64,000 nucleotides of DNA from NCBI GenBank assembly GCA_013115145.1, contig JAAPAO010000115.1, forward strand, positions 1 to 64,000. Reading direction: 5' to 3'. The DNA is from Perkinsus chesapeaki ATCC PRA-425. Lineage: Eukaryota > Protista > Perkinsozoa. Positions 1-11,854 of the stretch are shown piece by piece. The notes under the pieces were generated by a model. It did not search any database. It was not told the DNA's origin and saw only the letters and a list, made by a program, of their open reading frames with translations. How positions within the stretch are numbered: the first letter of the stretch is position 1; each line of letters opens with the position of its first letter. Made by a program: the position numbers and the translations under genes.

Positions 1-273
1 CCTATCAAACTCCTTTCTATTATATCTCCTCCTCCGTATCACTAGTAACATATTTCCTATCAAACTCCTTTCTCCGATATACCAGTGATATTATTGTCTA
101 GGCAAATTCAAACTACACACTACATGAAGGACGCGCGAGATTAAGATATGTAGAATAATCCCACTAAAGGGAGCTAAAGGAAGTAATACTTTCCAAAATC
201 AGTAAAACTGTATTCTTCCAAAATATCTTCGGTAAAATGCAGCACTCCAAAAGTCCGCTATATTTGCTTACAC

Positions 274-1026
274 CGGCTCATCTGTTACAGTAGCACCCAG
301 GGATTCGTGTGCTTCACCAATGATCTTAGTTACTTCCTTAAGAGGATGCTCTTGCCATTTATTAGTCTGAACAACAAATAATTCTCGTTCAGAGGAACGA
401 CAGAGGAATCAGCAACGCCTATGGTAAGAAATTGTAAGTCCACTACATTACAAGAATCTCTTCCAGAAATATGCCCAGCCCTTATTAGTCCAATTTTCCG
501 GACTTACTTTCTTGTCCATTACATACCATCTCGAGTTCTTATTTTGTTGAACATTACGAAATTCCAGAACTGTTGGTCGGCGACTTCCTAAAGTGCCGCT
601 GACAAAGTTAAACTGCTCTCCAGCTAAGGCTTCGATTAAGCGAGATCTGAGGAAAATGATATAAAGAGGATATAACATACAAATGAATGAGATCAAGCAA
701 TGCACGAATACAAGTTATTTATAAGGAACAAAAGGATATACAAAGACCTTCTGAAGAAAGCAAGCTTTGAAATATTATTTCCAGAATTTGAGGATGTGTA
801 TCCGAGAATCCTATTTGTTATATTACTTGCCAACTGATTGTTTTCCAATTAGAATAAATTGTGGTAAAGGGAAATCCACAATACCGAGTCTATCTTGAAC
901 TTTAGTTTTAACATCAGATAACACATCTAATAGCTCTGAACGCTCTTCGTTATGTCCTTGAATGATAGAAAAGGAACGACTAAGTTGAGGCTTAGATGGA
1001 GCCGCGGCTGTATCAGATGAGGGCAT
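274..1026 (-). CDS. Dynamin-related GTPase, N-terminal exons (gene probably continues toward or past the left edge)
   Basis: Three exons joined across GT-AG introns give PQFILIGKQSVGK|SRLIEALAGEQFNFVSGTLGSRRPTVLEF...RWYVMDKK|TNKWQEHPLKEVTKIIGEAHESLG, i.e. the dynamin G1 (GxQSxGKS) and G2 (RRP) region. Confidence 0.85.
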
Positions 1027-2220
1027 ATGGAAAATGCAATGCCAACTACTGATGGTTAACCTAATATGTATCTTGCATGCTTAACCTCAATCCTTTATCT
1101 TTTTATCCCACCAGACCGACAGACGACAGTTAAGGAACTCAAAGGCTGTGCAAGAGAGCAAGATCATTCTAAATGATGTGTTGTTGTTGCGGGGTCATAG
1201 TCGGCTTCGATGCATAAGGGGCTTCTATTACTAAGGACCAAGTACGCAGATACAATGAGAAGGCTAACGTCTAATCTACCCATCTCACATGGATAACGCT
1301 ATCAAGAAGCAATTGATAATTATGAAAATAATCCAAAAAAACAACAATAAAATATGGTATGGTGGGATATGTAGTATTATGATATTAATAGACAAAGATC
1401 AGTACATACAGACACACTAGATAATACAACCATGAACTAAGCCGTAATATTGATTGTAGGAATAAAGTTAAAAGCGTAGTGTAGATGATCTTTGAAAAAC
1501 TTATGCCTTGTCAATGTTATCTCTCTGTGAATGGTTATCTCTCACTAGTCGGTAATAACACCACTGCTATGATTTTCTGGTAGACTGGTCTCATAGATAG
1601 GAATTAGATCTCTTAGATCTTGCCTGCCACCACATTTTATCTTACCATTCATTCTTGGCACTCCTTTGCATTACTATTCAAACACATACCGATTAGTATT
1701 AGTAGTTCCAAGTGTTAGTAGCGACGTTAAAAAATATGAAAACTAGCCTGGCGTAGGTAAAGAAATCGGTGTCAGCTACATGTTCAGAGACACTCATTAA
1801 CCCTGCTCCTCAGCTAACTGTTCAACAATCATTGTTTCCCGGATATCATTGGTATCAGTGGCTAAAACTTAGCCAATTGGCAAGTTGGTATTGGAGGTTG
1901 TGGACTTTGAAAATCTCTGTCTTTACTAACACATTCCGAACCAAGTTTGCTCAACATAGTTCTGACTGTGGATAAACTATCAGGCAATGTAAACCAAAAA
2001 ATCTTTTTCGTAGTCACCGAAACCACTAATATAATAGTAGTATACTACTACTGCCATGATACACATATCGTTCCACTAGTAGTAGGGTTAGTAACAGGCA
2101 GTTTATAAGCTTGTTGTGAGCTACATCCTACCTGTTCTCAAAGCCAAAATCTATCGACATGATAAACGTGGAGGCACTACCAAAGGGCAGGTAGTAACGC
2201 GATACTCGAGACATGATTTG

Positions 2221-2554
2221 TATGTCGATGGTTGTGACGGATGAATGGAGAATCGCTGTTATGAGTGAAGTAATGGCAGAACTTAACAATGATGATGTAT
2301 ATGATAGAATGGCATTGAAAGGCATGCAGTTTGAGATTAAGTTATTTCGTCTCCATGTTTCATAACTATTGTATGTTATTTGTAATTGTCGTGTTATTAA
2401 AGAGAGTTCCCCGATGCGACCCCTCATTAACAGTACTCAACAGGCATGTTTGTTGTGTCTGTTATAGTGTGAACTAAAAGTGACCTAGCCGACCAAGTTC
2501 ACCCAACGATCGTCACAGAACTGACACAACGGCGAGGCTGCTTCAAAATGCCCA
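2221..2554 (+). repeat. 334-bp inverted duplicate of 4822-5155 (truncated 3' end and downstream region of the 5011-6081 gene)
   Basis: Reverse complement of 4822-5155 matches 2221-2554 with only a few substitutions; ORFs 2128..2427(-) and 5036..5239(+) share MPFNAILSYTSSLLSSAITSLITAILH. Confidence 0.95.
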
Positions 2555-2727
2555 AAAGCCGTGTTGAATAATAAAATAGGAAACTACCTCAAACGTATTA
2601 CATAACATATTCCCGACACCCAATACCAGCCTCTAGTGAGCAGAGAGTCTAACTGTGAGGCCCTAGAACTAGAGCTCTCATATAGGGTTTGAGAGATGCA
2701 ACACGAACTGGCATCTTCAGCAATGCT

Positions 2728-3117
2728 TCAGCAATTCTCTTTCTTGAAGAACACGAAACCATAAGGATGCGCGAACACGGCTAAAATATCATTCTGATAC
2801 CCAATAATTTCGAGGGCTTTCAGACTAATCGGAGGAGTAATTTTGTTGTACAAGGCAACGAGATTGGAGTTGCTGATATTCACCTTGAGCTGATCGTCAC
2901 CATTCATTTGGTAGTCGACATTCTTAGCGGAACCTCGCGACACCGCCTTCCTCACATAAATGTCAAAGACCTTGTTATGGAAATCCAGGCTTATCTTGTT
3001 CACAACGCCAAGTGTCTTGCAGTATTGACCGTTAGGATTAGCTCCACAGAGGACAATAGAGTACCATATGTAGATACCAACCAGTAGACGACGAACGACA
3101 AAGGAGGGATAGGACAT
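2728..3117 (-). CDS. Small secreted protein, paralog of 49644-50042
   Basis: Single exon, hydrophobic N-terminus, mature region starts PNGQYC and ends FKKENC; aligns end to end with the 49644 ORF. Confidence 0.8.
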   Translation of the reverse strand: MSYPSFVVRRLLVGIYIWYSIVLCGANPNGQYCKTLGVVNKISLDFHNKVFDIYVRKAVSRGSAKNVDYQMNGDDQLKVNISNSNLVALYNKITPPISLKALEIIGYQNDILAVFAHPYGFVFFKKENC

Positions 3118-4821
3118 TGTTGGAATTGCCGAAAACTCTGTGAAAACTGAACACCGCTATTCTGCACTGCGGCAGTCGCATATAATTTCTCTCTTCGAGT
3201 CGTCCTGAATATATCAATATTAGCGCGACAAGCATTATTCCACAGTTAATGTCGGTTCGCCGCCATGACGTTGGGAGGAGGCTAGCCGAGGGGAAAAGGG
3301 ATTCTAACAACCTCTATGCGTAGCCTAGCTAGGGCACGCCTGCGCTCGTAAAGTTACGGCACGCATGCACGTTCTACGTACGCCATCTCGAGAAGTGCCA
3401 GACTATACAGGATTATTGTTAAGCTGAGCCCAACACAATCCTTTCTACGTGCTGCTCCTCATAGGGATAATCAGCGATGATATGGGCCAAAGACCGGGAC
3501 TCACTCTTGTAGTTAAAGTAACAGGTATGCCTCTTTGGGTTGCAGGCTCTTCGGGACAGCGCCATGAGCAATCTTGAACGATTCGCTTGATAATAGAACC
3601 ATTCTTGGGATGGAGTTGTCAACACGTTCGTTGTCGCGCCCAAGTGCTGACATACACACGCGCGACCGTTGGCAGTCCAACGGCCAAGTGAAGTTGAAAC
3701 ACTCCTCTCAAAAGACTCTGGACACAGTCCTCCTTGCTGGGATGCATCCACCTTCATTTCGCTCCACGACAAAGGTAACAAGATTTAATCCCATTCATTT
3801 TGGAACAATTTCCTTCCCTAGCCCCTTCTATCTGTGATGGGCTAGCTCGGCTTCCTTGATAGCTGCGTGCTGCCAACCATACCCTCCACCACCCTCATCA
3901 CTGCAAACCACGCTCCGTGGTCCACGCTCGGTGGCGCCATGTGGTAGCGGTTAAGCCGTGGAGTTGTCCCTGCGTTACGGTGACCCTTTGAATAGACCTT
4001 TGATCGCACCGTTTATAGCCACGGACTCTAGGTTAGACAGTCTAACCTCAAGGCTAGAGCTAGACTCAAGGCTCAAGACTAGCACGTCCTTATACCGAGC
4101 GCTCCGTAGAGATTGGATATACTCCCACAGGTGTGGCAATTAACCAGCGCAGTGAGGGGGAACCTAGGAAGAGTAAAAAGTATATGGTTTTTAATAAGAA
4201 CTGCTTCTAGCGTTGAACACTCGAACCCTAGCATGAGATGCGACCACGTGAAGTGACCGGGAAATTCTGTCTAACTCTAAGTAAACCGTCTATTTCTAAG
4301 GAAGTAGAGAAACAAATGCCGAGCGAAAGTACACTAGAAAAACTGCGTCAGATCGGTGTACTGGAGGTCAATGCTTCAGTTGAGTTTCTGCTAGTCTGTT
4401 CACACTTGCGCCTCCTCCAGCTATACGGATTGTTTCTGCTCAATCCATAACCTGATATGAGCCACGCCTTAAGTCGTTTACTGAGTAATTCTCAGATACA
4501 GGAGAATATTAACAATGCCAATCTTGTAGCTCCCAGGATATTTCCTCCAATCAGTCGAGACTCCCGACTCGAGACTCTCGACTCGGAGTTCTTATGTATC
4601 ATAATGATATCCTGCTAGCATTCGTAGCTGGCCACGGTTCTTTACTAAAATAGGAGAATTGCTAAGAGATTGAGGATAGCGGGGATGGTCGTTAGTATTG
4701 CATTACAGGAGCTCCTCAATTAGACTCTCTGATATTGAGTGGGTTGGGGAGATGTCAAGCGTTTGGGCCTCAAACTTCGAGGTACTTCCCTATTCCCGCG
4801 AGTTTCATGTAACACGACATC

Positions 4822-5155
4822 TGGGCATTTTGAAGCAGCCTCGCCGTTGTGTCAGTTCTGTGACGATCGTTGGGTGAACTTGGTCGGCTAGGTCACTTTT
4901 AGTTCACACTATTACAGACACAACAAACATGCCTGTTGAGTACTGTTAATGAGGGGTCGCATCGGGGAACTCTCTTTAATAACACGACAATTACAAATAA
5001 CATACAATAGTTATGAAACATGGAGATGAAATAACTTGATCTCAAACTGCATGCCTTTCAATGCCATTCTATCATATACATCATCATTGTTAAGTTCTGC
5101 CATTACTTCACTCATAACAGCGATTCTCCATCCATTCGTCACAACCATCGACATA
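4822..5155 (-). repeat. Source copy of the 334-bp inverted duplication
   Basis: Near-identical reverse complement of 2221-2554. Confidence 0.95.
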
Positions 5156-6081
5156 ATGCCAAAACTCTTAAACGGTTCGCTTGATAACAAGATACTGCCT
5201 GTGATGAAGCAAACAACACGTACCTCGAAGATGGCATGAGGATCGGATGAGAGCCTTCGTCTCTCGTCCAGTTGTTGACATACACATGCGAGACCATCCG
5301 CAGCCTCGGGGACAAAGCGAAGTTGAATCACTCCCTTCAGAGGAATTGTCGATAAAATCCTTCTTGGTGCGATTGATCCATTTTTACTTAGTTGCACAAG
5401 ACGATAACCACAATCAATTCTATTCCTTTTTGGATAATGGACCAGTTGAATTTGGTCAGCAGTGTCATTAGCCCAAGAGACGTCGGCAATGGCACCGCTC
5501 ATCTCATCAGGGAATGATAGAACATGCCAAGTATTATTGTTTATTGAATAGATGTAATAACCATCACACGAGGCAAGCCAAAGATAACAACCGACCGACC
5601 AGAGATCAACGACTCTACGACACTCATAAGGAAGTTGAATGATTTGAGGACAAGTCATTTCCGACGAAACACGATAGAGTCGATTGCCGTACATTGACAC
5701 ATAATAAAGATGATCAGAATGACATGATACCACAGACGGTGTGTGATGTACTTCCAGCAAAGTTAACAGAGACGAGAAATCGGATGATATCTGTTCAAAT
5801 CGATGAGTGCCAGACTCATTACCAGGTGATGAGATTACGCCGACACTGTTGTTGAGTTTGAAGAGATATGGTAAAGGATCGGTGCACTTAGTACTGATTG
5901 GCACAATGTTGTCATTTGATATACGTACGGGAGTAGGTGAACGTAAAAATGAGTGGATTATGTCTTTGATATCATCATATATAATATTATTAATTAGTAG
6001 GATGTAGAGATCAAGGTGTTGTTTGATATTATGAGAGTTCACTGTGCCTTCCATAATGACTGAATCTACACTAATTGACAA
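5011..6081 (-). CDS. Hypothetical 356-aa protein, F-box-like N-terminal motif plus predicted beta-propeller
   Basis: Intronless ORF; N-terminal LYILL...DDIKDIIHSFLRSPTP motif shared with 6144, 10420 and 17255 ORFs; remainder is short beta-strand-like repeats. Confidence 0.65.
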   Translation of the reverse strand: MSISVDSVIMEGTVNSHNIKQHLDLYILLINNIIYDDIKDIIHSFLRSPTPVRISNDNIVPISTKCTDPLPYLFKLNNSVGVISSPGNESGTHRFEQISSDFSSLLTLLEVHHTPSVVSCHSDHLYYVSMYGNRLYRVSSEMTCPQIIQLPYECRRVVDLWSVGCYLWLASCDGYYIYSINNNTWHVLSFPDEMSGAIADVSWANDTADQIQLVHYPKRNRIDCGYRLVQLSKNGSIAPRRILSTIPLKGVIQLRFVPEAADGLACVCQQLDERRRLSSDPHAIFEVRVVCFITGSILLSSEPFKSFGIMSMVVTNGWRIAVMSEVMAELNNDDVYDRMALKGMQFEIKLFHLHVS

Positions 6082-6143
6082 ATTATTTGAAACTCTACTG
6101 CCTCTGATGTGTGAAAAGTGTACAGGAAGGACTCGTCTAGAGT

Positions 6144-7112
6144 TCAGACATGACAGTGTAGAGCGACACCTCTAAAAGGACCCGGTGAGAAATTAGCATC
6201 TCCAAAGCCATCACCATCACCTTCCTCAACAATAACAATAATATACCATTCCTCAGTGACTCCCATGGACCAGATATCCCAACATGAAAATGACGTGCTG
6301 CACGATAGTATAGTTCCTCTTAATAAGTCCACCAGACGTATGGTACAACATTCATCTTCGGAGAGTAGACAAGATACACAAGCCATAGCATTTGTATTGG
6401 GCATAAAGCGGGCTAATGTAGCACCGGTAATGTTATTAACAAGAATATCGTAACCAGGAGCTGCGAGACAAACCTCTCCGGTTGGCTGTGAGTTCACTAT
6501 ATGGTCTGAAATGTATAGGAAATATTCATCTCCCATCGACATAACATCAAACGATAATGGAGGGCTTTCAAGTTCTATTAAATACACCCAAGATTGGTCT
6601 GTGGCATTCAGTCGATAAATGCAATTAGTTTCACGCGAAACCACGAATACTCCACTGGTTGATGATGTCACGATTGTTGGTAGCGTTGGCAGCTTGATAG
6701 GGTTGAGTTCCTCTTTCGATTGGAGGGCCCATCTCTTAAGTTGTTTAAATCTGCTATCAGCGTAATACACAACTCCGTCGTGGACACAGACGTGAGTGAT
6801 GCCTCTACTAACATTAAGGATTGTGGTAAATGATAAGCTCGGGGGTTGAAATGATATTATTTCGTGATGAGATACCCCAAATGATCGAATATCTATACCG
6901 ATAAGATGGCGGTCATTTAATGATGACAGAGCCATCGGAGTGCTGCTAACAGGTGATTCGGTTATGATACTAATTCTTGTTGGTGATGGCGGGAACGCTA
7001 AATTCCATATCGACCTGAAAATATCTTCGCATTGACCCTCGAGGAAGTGCTCAAGAGTATATAGCTGAAGTATCAGTCGATATCGCAAGTGGGTGGTAAT
7101 GGATGACGCCAT
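6144..7112 (-). CDS. Hypothetical 322-aa protein, F-box-like plus beta-propeller (tandem paralog)
   Basis: Intronless ORF; LYTL...EDIFRSIWNLAFPPSP motif; GVVYYADS blade-like segment; ARFMPNTNAMACV resembles CRFIPNTSALACI of the 10420 ORF. Confidence 0.65.
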   Translation of the reverse strand: MASSITTHLRYRLILQLYTLEHFLEGQCEDIFRSIWNLAFPPSPTRISIITESPVSSTPMALSSLNDRHLIGIDIRSFGVSHHEIISFQPPSLSFTTILNVSRGITHVCVHDGVVYYADSRFKQLKRWALQSKEELNPIKLPTLPTIVTSSTSGVFVVSRETNCIYRLNATDQSWVYLIELESPPLSFDVMSMGDEYFLYISDHIVNSQPTGEVCLAAPGYDILVNNITGATLARFMPNTNAMACVSCLLSEDECCTIRLVDLLRGTILSCSTSFSCWDIWSMGVTEEWYIIVIVEEGDGDGFGDANFSPGPFRGVALHCHV

Positions 7113-7883
7113 ACAAGTGAATCCTTCAACTGATTCGATATCCGTTTACCCACGTGTAATCGTTCCTGGAATTGTTGGCAATTGTATATCTCTTTAATAT
7201 TTTATTGTCCTAATAATCCAAGAATAACTGAGGCGAGCTCGCCAATCTCATTTAACCCACGTTAAGCCGTGAAAGCCCCTAACCTATTCGACGGAGACCC
7301 TCAAACCAAGACTGTGTTTCATGTCCGCCTGTTCGTATTTGCCAGTCTATCTCTGCAGGAGCGAGGCTGATATCAACGGTAAGCCAGTCCGCCAGCCGAC
7401 AAGCGTATCAGGAACCATGCCCGATAGGTAAAGGTTCAGTGTTATTAATACCCGCTTTATTCAGTACTGCGAATGGTTAGGTTTTCCTCATAATAATGTT
7501 TAACATTATTAAGGTAAAAGGCGATTGATGTTCATCATTTTTAACGGTATAAAGTCATTTAGTTCATAGTTAGAGTCGATATGAACCAACGCTCGCTTCG
7601 GTCGTCGCATATTCACATCGCTGTGCCATAATTGGCTCCGATAAGGTTCCGATCACGTAGGAAATTTGCGCGAGCTGCGACATGATCGATTCCGGGGCTA
7701 TCGCTTTATTCGCGAACACGGACGATTGTGACGTTTTAACCCACTTCTTGTGCTGAACGATTATATCGTCCTTGCATATTAGAGACAGGGGAAGTACGCT
7801 ATATCTTAGTGCAATACAGTATTACTACTACAGCTAGTAGATGGATCCTCAAGGGACAGCAAAACGCTAAACTATAAACACAA

Positions 7884-9524
7884 ATGGGCAAAAGTGCGAA
7901 ACTTATCCTACACGCATGCGCAAAGGCTGCCGGTACGCATGCGCAAGACATAGCTTTCCCTTTGCCTCAATTGAACTGTCAGTGTATCAATAATTTTCCT
8001 ACTATCATGTTCAACGTTCCATCCAAACCGTATACATGGGTCGATCGCTCTGGTAATGTTTATCATTACTTTGAGCGTCCTTTAGTGAATGCCTGTGCGT
8101 TTATATTAATGCAAGAGTTCTGTGAACGTCTTGCATTCTACGGTTTATTACCTAACCTTCAACTTTTTCTTAAGGAGTATCTGGGATACACTGATAGCAC
8201 CGCCGATTCCTATGTGTCAATATTCAACGCTGTACTGTACATAACACCACTGTTTGCCGGTATTATTGCCGACACTCTCCTTGGCGTTTATCTCACCATT
8301 GTTTGCTTTTCCGGGCTTTATGTGCTGGGTTTGATCTTACTAACCATATCGGCTATAAAGTCCATCAGTCAAGCTTGGATGATACACTTATCTTTGCTTG
8401 TACTTATCACGCTTGGTGCTGGTGGTATTAAGGCATGTGTTAACGTTATGGGTGCCCAACAGATGCACCCTGATGAGCACAAGAGTACTATCACCCGTTT
8501 CTTCACCTACTTCTATGCATCTATCAACCTCGGTGGAATCATTGGAGGTATCGCTGGTCCCATCCTTGTCCAGGAAATCTCCTTTGCGGCAAGTTTCGTC
8601 TTCCCGTTAATATTCTTTGTCATTGCTACTACGATTTTCGTAATGGGTGACTTCCTTAAGCGCTATGTGAAGGCGAAACCGCAAGGCTCCGCGGTCCTCA
8701 AGGTTGGTCAGGTTGCTATCTACTCCGTATTCAAGTGCTCATTAGAGAAGAATAAGAAAAGTAAAGGTGGAAAGTTCGAGGATGAATTCATCGAGGACGC
8801 TCGGGTATTTTTCCGATTGATACCACTTTTTGTATTAATCATCCCATTTGTAATGGCATATAATAATATGACCACTACATTCCTCACTCAAGCTCTAAAG
8901 ATGAACACCAATACATTTGGCTGGGCTATGCCACCAGCTCTAATGCAGAATGTGGATCCTATCGCGGTCATCGCTACGTCGGTACTTGTTGATAGTCTCA
9001 TTTTCCCGGCTCTCAGAAAGCGCAATATGATGCCTTCGGTATTGGTTCGTTTTTGCATAGGGTCACTTTTGGCCGCCCTATCGCTGGTATGTGCCCTCAT
9101 CCTCGAGTATGTTGTAATGTCCCATCCTGCATTCACCATATCTATTTGGTGGCAGATTCCACAATTCACATTCATCGCATCGGGTGAAGTGTTCCTCATT
9201 TCCACTTCTTATGAAGTTGCCTACACCCACGCACCAAGTCAACTCAAAGCCGTCGCATCAGCAGTTAATCTCTGCTTTAATGCGATCGCATCAGTCCTCT
9301 CCGCCGCCCTGTTTCAGCTTGCCAGAGGATGGCTTCAGGACTTCGACCCCAAAAATGCTGAAGAATCGATCCGTGGTTCCCATTATGATTACTATTACTA
9401 TGTGCTGATCGTATTAGCGTTGGTTGGTGCTATCGGTTCATTAGCAATGGTACCATACTATAACAGAATTAAGAATGATGAGCTTTGCCGTCGGAAAACC
9501 GAAGATTCTGTCAGTGAAGTGTAG
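7884..9524 (+). CDS. POT/PTR family proton-dependent oligopeptide transporter (true start may be the ATG at 8007)
   Basis: EFCERLAFYG (ExxERFxYYG motif), FFTYFYASINLGG (PTR2 signature), about 12 hydrophobic segments, single exon. Confidence 0.95.
   Translation: MGKSAKLILHACAKAAGTHAQDIAFPLPQLNCQCINNFPTIMFNVPSKPYTWVDRSGNVYHYFERPLVNACAFILMQEFCERLAFYGLLPNLQLFLKEYLGYTDSTADSYVSIFNAVLYITPLFAGIIADTLLGVYLTIVCFSGLYVLGLILLTISAIKSISQAWMIHLSLLVLITLGAGGIKACVNVMGAQQMHPDEHKSTITRFFTYFYASINLGGIIGGIAGPILVQEISFAASFVFPLIFFVIATTIFVMGDFLKRYVKAKPQGSAVLKVGQVAIYSVFKCSLEKNKKSKGGKFEDEFIEDARVFFRLIPLFVLIIPFVMAYNNMTTTFLTQALKMNTNTFGWAMPPALMQNVDPIAVIATSVLVDSLIFPALRKRNMMPSVLVRFCIGSLLAALSLVCALILEYVVMSHPAFTISIWWQIPQFTFIASGEVFLISTSYEVAYTHAPSQLKAVASAVNLCFNAIASVLSAALFQLARGWLQDFDPKNAEESIRGSHYDYYYYVLIVLALVGAIGSLAMVPYYNRIKNDELCRRKTEDSVSEV
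7912..7946. promoter_or_regulatory. Direct repeat of ACGCATGCGCAA upstream of the probable transporter start
   Basis: Two copies (7912-7923, 7935-7946); related GCATGC(G) cores occur near 3360, 18795 and 33297. Regulatory role is inference by analogy with apicomplexan AP2 GCATGC sites. Confidence 0.3.
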
Positions 9525-10419
9525 AATAGCCTTTAGTTGTAGCAAATCGTTTGTTGGCTGCTACAAGTTCTATAGTTTTTTACTTCTGGTGAGGGCGGAG
9601 GCTTATGCCTCGGTCTTGCCTTGTACTACATTCAATCGATTTTATTTCATTAGCAAACGCTAGTCATGACAAGTTGAATCCGAGTTAGATAGTTAATTAT
9701 CTCCACGTGCAATACTAGTGATCATCGTCACTGACTTCAAGATTGCCGAATCAATATCGGATTCCCATGTGCTTGAGACATGTCTATTCCAGGCCATGCT
9801 CTTCAATATAGTTTAGTCTCATTGAGTATTTTACAATTGAAACGCTTCACTTTTCAAAGAGAAACTGTAAAGGATTGCATTATCAATCCCATAGTTACAC
9901 ACCACAATAATGGCGAAGGCCGAGGGGCTATTCGAGCTTATTGGCAGTAATATGTTCAATTGTTTACTAACTATCAGATAAAGATTATACGATGGGTTGT
10001 TAATGACAGCTTGTCTTCGTTTTACTGCTTCTCCGTCCAATTGGTGCAAGTCCACCTGCCGGTAGCGTTTTCTACGTCCACGAAGAGCTAGTTGTTTAAA
10101 CTTTCTCCCCTTGAAGTGCTATGATGCCCCATTGGTGGGGTGATACATTTCTACCGTCGTGCTTTGTAGCAGAAAGTATCCATGATTGTTATTGATACAA
10201 GTGTTACAAGATATGGACCCAACCCCGATCATGGGGAACGGTATGGCGGAAACCCTCTTTCTCATTCACCAGCAAAATGACAGAAACAAAACAGCAAATC
10301 TAACCGTTATGCGGAAAGCAGCAGCGAGAGGAATTAAATCGCGAAGCAAATGTTAGATGGTGATGCGCGACCTAACCAGCCCGCATTTGAGATAGAATGG
10401 TTCAGATAAGTCATCCTAT

Positions 10420-11418
10420 TTATGTGGGGGCCCCATTCTGGTCTTCGAGCGTTAGTGCTGTTATAGACAGATATTCGCTGCGAGCAAGTGATGCTAGAAC
10501 AGCTATATCCCAATCATTCGTAACACTGAGGCACTTGAGAAGACCAGAACCAGAAAACATATCAGATTTGAGGATTTGGGTAGACGTTAATAAGTCAACG
10601 ACTACGACCCATGCTTGAAATATGGGAGTGTTACCGGGTACATCATTCAGAGTTCGGACAGCAATACAGGCCAAAGCACTTGTATTGGGGATGAACCGAC
10701 AAAGGTGGGCTCCTTGGATGGACGTGGACGACACATCTTCATCCGAGGAGTTTACTATTCTATAACGAATTGTATTATCAACAATAAAGAGTAGTTGATG
10801 ATTGGCGCTGAGAGAGGTATCAGCAATGCAATCAAATGAGTCAATCTCATCACTGGACTCGTAAATGCGTACCCAAGCATTGTAATCATCACTGCGTAAA
10901 TCCAAATAGTAGACAACCAAATCGCCAAGTGTTGTGATGAATATATGATGGTTTGAAACTACCATATTGTCAACCACCTCATACGCTCTTGAGAGAGGTA
11001 AAGGGATATCAGGCAATACTGAGGCCGCATTCGTAAGGGATAGTCTAACAATCGTGAGGTTCATACTGTCAACGCCGAAAATCATTGTGCCTTCTGTGCC
11101 GATAATTGAGAATCTTTGACCGATAAATAACTCCGCGACTGGCTCGCCAAAGTTGCTGGGCACATAGGCACATATTAAAGATTGTCGGGCCAAACACATG
11201 AGAGTGAGGAATGACGAGTCGCCGAGTGTGGTGATGTTGTCGATGTAAGTCTGCCTGCCAACGGTTGATCTCAAGGCTATCGAGGCTGGTATGGGCGACC
11301 TAAGATACCTCCAAACGTTCCAGAGGATGTCCTCGTGTAAGAATCCAATGCGTTTGTGTAAAACTCCAAGATAGACCGATAAAAGTTGCCGACGCCGAGA
11401 TGCTTGCCGAAAAGACAT
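10420..11418 (-). CDS. Hypothetical 332-aa protein, F-box-like plus beta-propeller
   Basis: Intronless ORF; VYLGVL...HEDILWNVWRYLRSPIP is the clearest F-box-like motif of the four family members. Confidence 0.7.
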   Translation of the reverse strand: MSFRQASRRRQLLSVYLGVLHKRIGFLHEDILWNVWRYLRSPIPASIALRSTVGRQTYIDNITTLGDSSFLTLMCLARQSLICAYVPSNFGEPVAELFIGQRFSIIGTEGTMIFGVDSMNLTIVRLSLTNAASVLPDIPLPLSRAYEVVDNMVVSNHHIFITTLGDLVVYYLDLRSDDYNAWVRIYESSDEIDSFDCIADTSLSANHQLLFIVDNTIRYRIVNSSDEDVSSTSIQGAHLCRFIPNTSALACIAVRTLNDVPGNTPIFQAWVVVVDLLTSTQILKSDMFSGSGLLKCLSVTNDWDIAVLASLARSEYLSITALTLEDQNGAPT

Positions 11419-11854
11419 TCAACGCGGCACAAACTGATAAGACTGGCGGGATGGTGACACGGCTGCCCGTGTCACTGGAAAAAGACAGGAGCAATGATAG
11501 GCGAAATGTTTGATGGAAAGATGGTAACTACCGAGCGAATACCTCACGAACTATTGGCGGCAATCACACAGTGGCGAGGTTTAACTATCTGAAATGAAAA
11601 GGAAGTCTCTTTCACCGTAGATTAGATGACGAGGTTACTTGAATTGTGCGCCACGACAGGAGGGAACGCATGCATTGTTTGTGCGGGAAGATCCCAAAAT
11701 CGCGCAATCATCCAAGTTTGGAGACGAAACATCATCAACCATATAATACGTCGTTGATTAGCCGTGGTATAAGCTCAATGAAGTGTACGGTCTAAATTAG
11801 ACCGTCTAATTGAGGTTACTCAACAAAAACCCTCGCTTGAGAAACTTCTAGAAG

